Assembly: GCA_041662665.1 (NCBI GenBank)
Contig: JBAZSC010000001.1
Location: 321,511-385,510, forward strand
Source of the DNA: Patescibacteria group bacterium
Lineage (GTDB): Bacteria > Patescibacteriota > JABMPQ01 > JAQVVF01
Length of the DNA: 64,000 nt
Reading direction: 5' to 3'
Of this stretch, positions 1 to 8,710 are shown piece after piece. The notes beneath the pieces were generated by a model. That model was not told the origin of the DNA and made no database searches. It saw only the letters and a list, made by a program, of their open reading frames with translations. Each line of letters starts with the position of its first letter. The stretch's first letter is position 1. The position numbers and the translations under genes were made by a program.

Positions 1-1822
1 CAGATTCAAGCTGGAAGACACCGACAGTTTGCGCTTTTTGCAACAAATCATAAGTAGTTTTATCATCCATTTCTAATTTAGTGAAATCTACTTTTACACC
101 ATGTACTGCTTCGATAATTTCCAAAGCTTTTTCAATAATTGTTAAGTTTGCTAATCCTAAAAAGTCCATTTTAAGAAGCCCCAAATTTTCAATTGCATGC
201 ATCTCGTATTGCGTTGTGATTTCTTCGTCTCCTCTTGTAGAAAATTGATATGGCGTATAAGTGTCTAGTGGATCTTTAGTAATTACAACTCCGCAAGCAT
301 GAGTTGAAGAATGTCTTGCAACACCTTCTAATTTTTTCGCAGAATCAAATAATACTTTTGCTTGTGGATCGCCATTATAAAAAGCTGTTAATTCAGGATT
401 TATCTTTAAAGCTTCAGAAATAGTTGAGCCCAATGGAATCATCTTTGCTGCTTTATCGCAATAATCGTAAGGATAGCTCAAAACTCTTCCGCAATCGCGA
501 ACTGCAGCTTTTGCAGCCATTTTTCCAAAAGTAACAATTTGAGCTACATGATCAGCTCCGTATTTTCTTTTTACATATTGCAAAACTTCGCCTCTCCTTG
601 TGTCAGCAAAATCCATATCAATATCAGGCATGCTTATTCTTTCAGGATTCAAAAATCTTTCAAATAATAAATCATTTTTAATTGGATCAAGATCAGTAAT
701 TCTCAATAAATAGGCGATTAGTGAACCTGCCGCGGAACCCCTGCCTGGGCCGACCACTATGCCAGTATCTTTTGCCCAATTCACAAAATCAGAGACAATC
801 AAAAAATAAGAAGCAAAGCCAGTTTTTTCAATAACTGACATTTCATAATCTAGTCTTTCCACAATTATTTTATCAAGCTCATTTCTTCCTTTACCAAATC
901 TCTTTGTCAAGCCTTCCTCGCATTGTTGTTTTAAATAATCCATTGGAGTCAAATCCTTTGGCACAACAAAAAAAGGAAGCTTAGTTTTGCCTAATTCTAT
1001 TTCAACATTGCATTGCTCAGCGATTTTTAAAGTATTTGAAATTGCTTCTGGAGTATTAATAAAATCTCTTTCCATTTCTTCGGTCGGTTTCATTGAAAAA
1101 TCTTCACCCATCATTGACATTCTCTTCTTATCATCAACTTTTTTTTGCAATTGAATGCATAGCAAAATATCCTGGATTCTGTCATCTTCTTTTTTTAGAT
1201 AATGAATATCATTTGTTGCAACCAATGGTGCTCCAATTTCTTTTGCAATTGCAATTAATTTTTCATTTGCTTCAGCTTGTTTTTTGATAGTCGCATGATG
1301 TTGAAGTTCAAGATAATAATTTTCTTTACCAAATATTTCTTGATATTTCAAAGCAGTTTCTTTTGCTAAATTTACATTACTTAAAGCTTCTCGAGCAATC
1401 TGTCCTTCAATGCATGCCGAAAGTCCTATCAAGCCTTTGCAATTACTTTTTAGTAATTCAAAATCAATTCTTGGTTTATAATAAAAACCTTCAACATGTG
1501 CTTTTGAAATTAATTTCAGCAAATTTTGGTATCCTTCTTGGTTTCTTGCAAGTAAAATCAAATGGTAAGGTCTTACATCAATGTGAGCGCGTTTATCACT
1601 CATTTTGTTTGGCGCAACATATGTTTCAACGCCAAGTATAGGTTTAATGCCCGCATCCTTGCAAGCTTGATAAAATTCAACAATTCCATACATTACACCA
1701 TGATCAGTCAATGCTACAGCTGGCATGCCCAATTCTTTTGCACGCGAAACCAGCTCGTCAATTTTTGGCAAGCCATCAAGTAGGGAATAGTGGCTATGTG
1801 TGTGAAGATGAACGAAAGGCAT
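1..1822 (-). CDS. dnaE: DNA polymerase III alpha subunit, N-terminal part (continues past window start)
   Basis: Reverse-complement translation from ATG at 1822 gives MPFVHLHTHSHYSLLDGLPKIDELVSRAKELGMPAVALTDHGVMYGIVEFYQACKDAGIKPILGVETYV, a canonical PHP-domain N-terminus. There is no stop before the window edge. The + strand ORFs 1093-1896 are antisense artefacts. Confidence 0.85.
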   Translation of the reverse strand, partial: MPFVHLHTHSHYSLLDGLPKIDELVSRAKELGMPAVALTDHGVMYGIVEFYQACKDAGIKPILGVETYVAPNKMSDKRAHIDVRPYHLILLARNQEGYQNLLKLISKAHVEGFYYKPRIDFELLKSNCKGLIGLSACIEGQIAREALSNVNLAKETALKYQEIFGKENYYLELQHHATIKKQAEANEKLIAIAKEIGAPLVATNDIHYLKKEDDRIQDILLCIQLQKKVDDKKRMSMMGEDFSMKPTEEMERDFINTPEAISNTLKIAEQCNVEIELGKTKLPFFVVPKDLTPMDYLKQQCEEGLTKRFGKGRNELDKIIVERLDYEMSVIEKTGFASYFLIVSDFVNWAKDTGIVVGPGRGSAAGSLIAYLLRITDLDPIKNDLLFERFLNPERISMPDIDMDFADTRRGEVLQYVKRKYGADHVAQIVTFGKMAAKAAVRDCGRVLSYPYDYCDKAAKMIPLGSTISEALKINPELTAFYNGDPQAKVLFDSAKKLEGVARHSSTHACGVVITKDPLDTYTPYQFSTRGDEEITTQYEMHAIENLGLLKMDFLGLANLTIIEKALEIIEAVHGVKVDFTKLEMDDKTTYDLLQKAQTVGVFQLES

Positions 1823-1947
1823 ACGAATTTTCAATTATCAATTTACAATTTTCAATTAATTACTCAATTTTCAATTTTCAACTCGTCGTTTACTGAAAAT
1901 TGACGTTTGAAAATTTAATGGAAATTGGTCATTGATTATTGAAAATT

Positions 1948-2550
1948 TTATTTATGCTTGCTTTGAAAATAATAAACCGTTCCAACAACAAGAATTGCGA
2001 TTCCAGCTATTAATAAAATAATAAATAGAACCCAACTAAAAATCAGGTGGGAGAGCGAGACAAAAATATCGACTAGTATTCTGCCAAAACTTGTAGAATC
2101 AAGTAAAAAGATTGTTAAGAAAAAAATAAAAAAAATTAAAATATACTTTTTAAAAAAATCTTTTGGACTTGGCAAGAAAGTCTGTAAATATAGTTTTGTT
2201 TTTTTGAATGCTGATATTTTCTTTTTTCTATAATCACTCAAATCAGTTATCGCTTGATAATAAATTTCCAAGTTTTTAATTGTCTCAATTTTTGTCAGAG
2301 TAAAATTTTCTTTTTCGACAATTTTTTTGCATAATGCTCTTGTTTTTTCTAATTCATTTGCATCTGTATAAACAAAGCTTAAAGCCGAGATTTGTCTTTC
2401 TAAATCATCGCCTGGCAAATCAAAATCAGACACTGCTTCTTTAAAAAGTTTTTCAGTTTCAACTAAAGCCATCATATTTCCAGAATCAGTTTTTTCTGAT
2501 AAATATTTTTCTACTTTTTCCCATGACAATTCTTTGTTTTTTTCAGACAT
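1948..2550 (-). CDS. hypothetical protein with C-terminal transmembrane segments
   Basis: 200-aa ORF with a hydrophobic C-terminal half; no recognisable domain. Confidence 0.5.
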   Translation of the reverse strand: MSEKNKELSWEKVEKYLSEKTDSGNMMALVETEKLFKEAVSDFDLPGDDLERQISALSFVYTDANELEKTRALCKKIVEKENFTLTKIETIKNLEIYYQAITDLSDYRKKKISAFKKTKLYLQTFLPSPKDFFKKYILIFFIFFLTIFLLDSTSFGRILVDIFVSLSHLIFSWVLFIILLIAGIAILVVGTVYYFQSKHK

Positions 2551-2651
2551 TTTTTATGTGATTTACGAATTTACCTTACAGATTATTATATAATAAAACA
2601 TACTTAAACTCAAACAAAAAGCGGACCCTTCTGATCCGCTTTTTGGGAATT

Positions 2652-5393
2652 TTATTGTGCTACTTTACTGAAATCAGCGCTATTTAGGAATTCCTTTTTT
2701 ATTTCTTGAATTGATTTTTCAGTGCTATCCCAGTAGTTAACTCCGCCAACATCCGCTGCTCTAGCGTACAAAGTTTCATATAATTCTACAATTGCAGCTT
2801 TGCGGCCACTACTTTTTTCTATAGAAGCCAATCTATCATTATATTCTTTACTCGTCGCCAGTTTTTGTCTCATTTCTTTTGCATTTGATAATTTTGTCAA
2901 TGAAGCAATTCCAGTTTGGTCACCGCCACGTTTTAACACAATTTCATATGCAAGATTAGCTTGGGCTTTTTTCTGCTCATCTGCAGGCATTGCCGAAATA
3001 TTTCCAACTGATTCAGGGCTTACTGATATTGCAAATTTTGCGCCTACTATATCAATCTTATTATCATCATCTCTTTCAACTTGCTTTAGCCAATAATCAA
3101 CGCCATTCGGATCAGAAATTTTATCTAAATTATCAGCATAGATTCTATCATGTATTTTTCGATACAGCATTTCTATCGTTTTTTTATTGCCAATCTTTTT
3201 TTCAGTTGCTTGAATACGTTTGTCAAATTCTCCAAATTTTCTGTCATTTAGCAATGTAAACTGTACTCCTTTAAGACTTAATGGCTCTTGTCCTTCTGGT
3301 TTATAGAAAAAGCTTGGACCGCCAGCTCTTAAAGAGTTATCTGGTTGTTCATATTTTTCCAATTCAAAAGTATCGCCCAAAACTAAATTATAATAATAGA
3401 GAATAGTTTGAAATCTGTTTAAAGTTTTGAATTCTGAAGAATTTGAGGATTTATCGCCAAAACTTACTTGAAAATAATATGGTTTTCTACCATTTACAAA
3501 TCCGGCATCATTTTTATCTGACAATTGACCGCCTTGTAGATTTTCTAAAACGACATAATAAAGATCTTTTGTTTTATCATAATGCGTTTGTGCAGTTGTT
3601 TGATTTTCAAGAATAACAAAGCCATTAGCATCAGTTTGAATATTTTTTGGATCAACTGTTCCGTATGTAAATATTAAATCCTGATTTTTATAACTATCAT
3701 TGCCAACTTTCCATGTAATGATCTCACGATTTTCATTTCTTGGGATTACAGTTGGATTTACCATTAGAGCAGGTTCATTTCCATTATTTAAAACCGCCTC
3801 GCATTTATCATTTACCAAAACTTGACCTTCAGGACAATTGCCTTGAACTGATGTGCATTCTTCTGTACATCCATTTCGAGTCGTTCCAATAGGACAAACA
3901 AAATTATCCAAGCATACATTTCCTCCGTCATCTGGCGGTATAGGAGCTGTGCATTCTCCATTAACTATTTCTTGACCTTCTTCGCATTGTGTTGCGATAT
4001 TTGCGACAAATTTAATGGAAGTTAAAACTAAATGTGATGGCATTGTCACAACAACTGCAGAATTTACTTGTGTTGGTGGCATGCCTGGAACATCGCCCAA
4101 AGCGCCAACACAAGTATATAATTTTTGATAATTAGTAATTCCCGGATTTTTGGAGAAAAATTCTCCCATTAAGTAATCATTAAAATATTTAATTGGTTCT
4201 TTTAAGTGTTGTCCGGCAATACAAGTGGGCGCATCAACATTAATATCGGCATTGCCTTCAACTGGCAAATAGATCGGAGAAGTTCCACCCTGTCCTTCCA
4301 AAAGCCCAAAGTTATTACTGCCAAAATTATATCTTTGATTATAAACTTGCATAAAAGGACCGCTTCCATCTTTAGAATATTTATAAATTACAGCATATTG
4401 TAATTTTTTTCCTTGAGCATTTTGAGGCACATCATAAGCAAAATGATCTATATTATTTTGCATCGGAATCAACGGAATTCTCACCCATGTATTACCTTCA
4501 TTAAAGCTTACTAAAAATTTAATATTCTCAAAGAATGTCTTTTGATTGCTCGATGGGCTATAAGCAATGTCTCCTGTAACATTTCCAAAATTATTACTTG
4601 TATTTGCTAAATTATCTGAGAAAAAAAGACCATCAGTAAATTCTTTTTTAAAAGTACTATCAAAAAATGGTTGAACAGTACCAACGTTAGCATTTGAAAC
4701 ATTATTGAAAGTATAATCAGCCGGTTTGCCCTCATCTACTGTTAAAGCAATTTTATTGCTTACAATTCCGCAGATGCCAACTTGAATTTCAGAAGATCCT
4801 TGACCTATAGGCATTACTGTTCCATTGTTATAAACAAATAAAGCATCAGGATTATTTGATGACCATCTCAATAAATCGCTCCAGGCAACTGTGTCAAAAT
4901 TTACAAAATAATTTTTAAGATCAATATCTTGTATTGTTGAAGTATTTGCATCAATATCTTGAGAATTAATTTTTATCTTTACGAATTTATCAAGGCTTGG
5001 TTCATTTATTGAATTAGAATCAATTGCGGTCTGATTATTTGCAGTGCTAATTTCGATAGAAGATATTTTTTGTTTTAATTCATTAGGACAAAGATAGCCA
5101 ATTTTATCAGGACTCAAATCTCTATCAAAACTTGATTTATTGCTGTATATCGATAAATTTTTTTGAGCGAAACCTGCTTGAGGATTTAATTTTACATCAT
5201 CCTTCAAAACCAAATGTTCAGAATTAGAAAAATCTTCATCTACAGTTATTGACTGATCTAAAACTACTGCAGCAAAATACCAAATAGTAGTTCCAATTCC
5301 AACAGCAACTAGAATTGCTAAAACGATACCAGTTACAGTTCTGACTTTGCTGCTTGATGTCGTTTTTGTTATTGTTTTCTTTTGATTATTCAT
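2652..5393 (-). CDS. large cell-surface protein: N-terminal TM anchor, Cys-rich EGF-like linker, C-terminal DUF4214-like repeats
   Basis: 913 aa. N-terminal hydrophobic helix, a Cys-rich stretch (CEEGQEIVNGECTAP...CPEGQVLVNDKCEAV), and C-terminal repeats with the YxxxLxRxxDxxGxxYW motif (ELYETLYARAADVGGVNYWDS). It is a paralog of the next two genes. Confidence 0.8.
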   Translation of the reverse strand: MNNQKKTITKTTSSSKVRTVTGIVLAILVAVGIGTTIWYFAAVVLDQSITVDEDFSNSEHLVLKDDVKLNPQAGFAQKNLSIYSNKSSFDRDLSPDKIGYLCPNELKQKISSIEISTANNQTAIDSNSINEPSLDKFVKIKINSQDIDANTSTIQDIDLKNYFVNFDTVAWSDLLRWSSNNPDALFVYNNGTVMPIGQGSSEIQVGICGIVSNKIALTVDEGKPADYTFNNVSNANVGTVQPFFDSTFKKEFTDGLFFSDNLANTSNNFGNVTGDIAYSPSSNQKTFFENIKFLVSFNEGNTWVRIPLIPMQNNIDHFAYDVPQNAQGKKLQYAVIYKYSKDGSGPFMQVYNQRYNFGSNNFGLLEGQGGTSPIYLPVEGNADINVDAPTCIAGQHLKEPIKYFNDYLMGEFFSKNPGITNYQKLYTCVGALGDVPGMPPTQVNSAVVVTMPSHLVLTSIKFVANIATQCEEGQEIVNGECTAPIPPDDGGNVCLDNFVCPIGTTRNGCTEECTSVQGNCPEGQVLVNDKCEAVLNNGNEPALMVNPTVIPRNENREIITWKVGNDSYKNQDLIFTYGTVDPKNIQTDANGFVILENQTTAQTHYDKTKDLYYVVLENLQGGQLSDKNDAGFVNGRKPYYFQVSFGDKSSNSSEFKTLNRFQTILYYYNLVLGDTFELEKYEQPDNSLRAGGPSFFYKPEGQEPLSLKGVQFTLLNDRKFGEFDKRIQATEKKIGNKKTIEMLYRKIHDRIYADNLDKISDPNGVDYWLKQVERDDDNKIDIVGAKFAISVSPESVGNISAMPADEQKKAQANLAYEIVLKRGGDQTGIASLTKLSNAKEMRQKLATSKEYNDRLASIEKSSGRKAAIVELYETLYARAADVGGVNYWDSTEKSIQEIKKEFLNSADFSKVAQ

Positions 5394-5541
5394 ATTATTT
5401 TTTTATTTTTTTTGGCATTTAAAATTAAAATCATAAATTTAGTATACATTATTTTATAAAAATCGTAAACAAATATTTAGTAACAAAGGAAAAAAATCAA
5501 AATAAAAACGGGCTTAATTCAGCCCGTAATATTTTATCAAA

Positions 5542-8500
5542 CTATTCAGAAGCTGCAGTTCTAAATTCATCGCTATTTAGGAATTCTGCTTTGATCTCTG
5601 GTATCGATTGTCCTGTACTATCCCAGTAATCAACACCTGCTTTATCAGCTGGTCTTGCATAAATTGTCTCATATAATTCTGTAATTGCGCCTTTTTTGCC
5701 AGATGCTTTTTCAATATCTATTAATCTCTGATTATATTCCTGGCTATTAAACAGATTTTCTCTCATTCCTAGTTGGCTATCAAATGTATCCATTAAGTAT
5801 TTCACGCCATTTTTATCACCAGCGCGTTTTAGTACAACTATATAGGCAAATTCTGCTTGAGCTTCATTTTCACTAGCTGCCATTTCTGCTAATTGATCTC
5901 GATATTCATTACTTACAGAAATTCCGTATTTAACTGCTGATTTGTTCAAGCGATCTGCTTCAGCAATATCAGTCATTTGACTTAGCCAGAAATCAGCTCC
6001 TTCACCAGCAAACTTGTATAAATTATCATCGTAGATTCTATCCAAAATCTTTTTATACAACCAAGTCACCAAATTCATATTTTTCTTTTTCTTGTCCAAT
6101 GTTTCATCAAAGACTTTGAATTTGCGGTCATTGATCATTGCAAATCTGATGCCAGGCAAGCTTAGATTTGTATCGTACCAGAATTTTACGCCGCCATTTT
6201 GTTCTTTATTCCAGTCATAATCTTTAGTCAAATCATAATTTCTGTCAAAGATCCAATTGTAATAGTAGAGGACTGTTCTCATGCGATTTAGCGTTTTGAA
6301 GCTTGCTAGAGTAGTTGTTTTGTTGCTATCAACATACAAGCCCTTATCTCCAACCATGAAGCGATAATAATATTTCATTCTTCCATCAGTAAAGCCATTA
6401 TCATTGAATCCTTGCTTTTCTCCACCTTCCAATTTTCTTAATACCACATAATATTGATTAGCTTTATCATCATATCTTACTTCTGCTTCTTTGTTTAAAT
6501 TATTCTTATCAGTTCCATATTTGAATGTTAAAGTCTTAGCGTCAAAAGCAGTTTTAACTTCATTTTTTGAATTATCATCATTGCCTAAAATTTTCACAAT
6601 TACGCGATCACTGCCTCTGAAAATATTAGTTGCAGTTACAGAAACATTTGGCAATCCTTGCATTCCAGTTGTATCTGTTTCAATGTCGCTCGGATTCTGT
6701 GTGCCTGGATCAACTTGATCACCAACATTTTCTCCATCACTAGTAGATTCAGCAACATTGATTTGAATAGTATTTGAACTGATAGGTGAATTACCAAGAA
6801 AAGTCAATTTTGCATTATAAACACCTGGATTTTCATATGTATGTTTTGGAGATTTCAGATTTGTGAAACTAGCTGATCCTTGCTGATCTCCAAACACCCA
6901 TCCGTAAGAAGCTGAGTTAATGCTACCTTCTTTAATACCAAATTGAACTTCGCAAGGCGCTTTATCGCATGATGTAGGGGTTGCTGTAATCGTCGCTGCT
7001 TGTCCTACTGGAGTTGGCGTTGTTGCTGTCGCTGAAGTTGTAGCTACCTTAAATTTTAAATTAGTTAAAATCAAATCAGAAGGTAACGTTACTACTGCAA
7101 TCGATCTTAACTCAAAATCACCACCAGCGATATAGTTTTCTTTTTGATAGTTTGAAATACCTGGTTCTTTAGAAGCAAAAGGGCTCATTAAAAAATCATC
7201 ATAAAGTTCTGCATTATAAGCATGTCTGGCTAATTCTTGATCAGTAATACGCGTATAGTCATTTTGAAACTCAATATTTGAAGAAACATTATTCTGATTC
7301 AAAAACAAAACTTTATTTTGAGCAAGACCATCTGTATTATTGCCTGGTGTATAAAATATCCCTTTTACTTCTTCTCCTCCAAGAAGTGGTTTACTTTTTA
7401 CAACATTAGGAAGACTCTTGGAAATATCCTTATTATATTGATATGCCACAGCCCATTTCAATTTTTTACTTTTTAGTAAGCTGTCGTCTGGAACATTATA
7501 AGAAAATGAAAAACCATCTGTCGTTTTTGTGTTAGAAATTGGCACAAAATTCCAAGACTCTCCATCGTCAAAACTAAAATATAGTTGGACTTGTGATTTT
7601 ATTACTTGATCATCATTATATTTCAAGAAACCTTCTACATTTTTTATTACATTATTTTCATTTTTTATTTTTCCTGCAAGAGTATTTATTATATTATCAG
7701 AACTAATGCTTCCTGAAATTTCACCAATGTAATCTTTTGATGTAACTAATCTATTAGTATATTTATTAGCAAAAAAACTTTTTGTTGTGCCAATTCCAGC
7801 TGTTGTAGTATTATCAAAAGTATATTTCTCAGTTGGTTGAGAAACATTTTGCCCTGGATTAACATCAATGACAATATTCAATACATCCGTGTTTGATTTA
7901 TCGCACAAATTCATAAAAACACCAGCAGCACCTGGCATAACTGGCCATACAGATCCATTATTTTGTACGATTAATTTGGTTGGATCTGTTACCCATCGTA
8001 CTAAATCTGATAATTTTACATCAGGTTTATTCTTAATTAGTGTTTTTAAATCTATATTTGATCCTTTTAAATTAAAAGTACTTGAATTCAAATCAACATT
8101 GTTGCCATTAATTTTCAGCTTTATGAAATTTTCGAATTTTGTTGCGTTATTAGATAAATCACTAGTATTTATATGATAATAATTTTGATAATCCGGATCA
8201 CTTGAATGCTGTAAGGCTTCACTATCAACATAAAGTTCTACTGTATCTATTGCATCCTTTAACTGTTTCGGACAAATATTATTTTGTTCTCTATTCGAAA
8301 AACTTTTATCCGTACTTGGTAGAATTAATTTATCATCTCTGTCGCTACTATCTCGAATATTTAATGCTTCTTTTTTCAGATTCATATGATCTACTTTTCC
8401 AAAACTTTCATTTATGTATTCAGATGAAAATGTTGGCGCGACCGCAAAATTCCAAATCGCAAAACCAATTCCAGCTAAAGCTGCTACTCCCGCGACAATA

Positions 8501-8553
8501 CCCACAATCAAGCCGGTTTTTGACCGAGTCTTGACACTTGTATCAGTTGTCAT
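5542..8553 (-). CDS. large cell-surface protein with Thr-rich linker and C-terminal DUF4214-like repeats (paralog)
   Basis: 1003 aa. N-terminal TM, TSATATTPTPVGQAATITATPTS linker, and a C-terminal ~350 aa similar to neighbours (ELYETIYARPADKAGVDYWDS). Confidence 0.8.
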   Translation of the reverse strand: MTTDTSVKTRSKTGLIVGIVAGVAALAGIGFAIWNFAVAPTFSSEYINESFGKVDHMNLKKEALNIRDSSDRDDKLILPSTDKSFSNREQNNICPKQLKDAIDTVELYVDSEALQHSSDPDYQNYYHINTSDLSNNATKFENFIKLKINGNNVDLNSSTFNLKGSNIDLKTLIKNKPDVKLSDLVRWVTDPTKLIVQNNGSVWPVMPGAAGVFMNLCDKSNTDVLNIVIDVNPGQNVSQPTEKYTFDNTTTAGIGTTKSFFANKYTNRLVTSKDYIGEISGSISSDNIINTLAGKIKNENNVIKNVEGFLKYNDDQVIKSQVQLYFSFDDGESWNFVPISNTKTTDGFSFSYNVPDDSLLKSKKLKWAVAYQYNKDISKSLPNVVKSKPLLGGEEVKGIFYTPGNNTDGLAQNKVLFLNQNNVSSNIEFQNDYTRITDQELARHAYNAELYDDFLMSPFASKEPGISNYQKENYIAGGDFELRSIAVVTLPSDLILTNLKFKVATTSATATTPTPVGQAATITATPTSCDKAPCEVQFGIKEGSINSASYGWVFGDQQGSASFTNLKSPKHTYENPGVYNAKLTFLGNSPISSNTIQINVAESTSDGENVGDQVDPGTQNPSDIETDTTGMQGLPNVSVTATNIFRGSDRVIVKILGNDDNSKNEVKTAFDAKTLTFKYGTDKNNLNKEAEVRYDDKANQYYVVLRKLEGGEKQGFNDNGFTDGRMKYYYRFMVGDKGLYVDSNKTTTLASFKTLNRMRTVLYYYNWIFDRNYDLTKDYDWNKEQNGGVKFWYDTNLSLPGIRFAMINDRKFKVFDETLDKKKKNMNLVTWLYKKILDRIYDDNLYKFAGEGADFWLSQMTDIAEADRLNKSAVKYGISVSNEYRDQLAEMAASENEAQAEFAYIVVLKRAGDKNGVKYLMDTFDSQLGMRENLFNSQEYNQRLIDIEKASGKKGAITELYETIYARPADKAGVDYWDSTGQSIPEIKAEFLNSDEFRTAASE

Positions 8554-8710
8554 TTGTTTTAATTAATTTATTATTTAAAAATTTAATAAAAAATAAAAAT
8601 TTTTATTCAAATATTTACAAATATATTTTGCAATCAAACTTAAAATTGACTGAATATATTATATCATAAAAAATGAAACATCATATCAACAGCTTTAACA
8701 ATTCGTATTT

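Noticed and set aside
1093-1896. Four overlapping + strand ORFs (61-92 aa)
   Set aside because: They lie antisense to a clear dnaE PHP-domain coding region on the minus strand and have no RBS or sensible composition. They are spurious.
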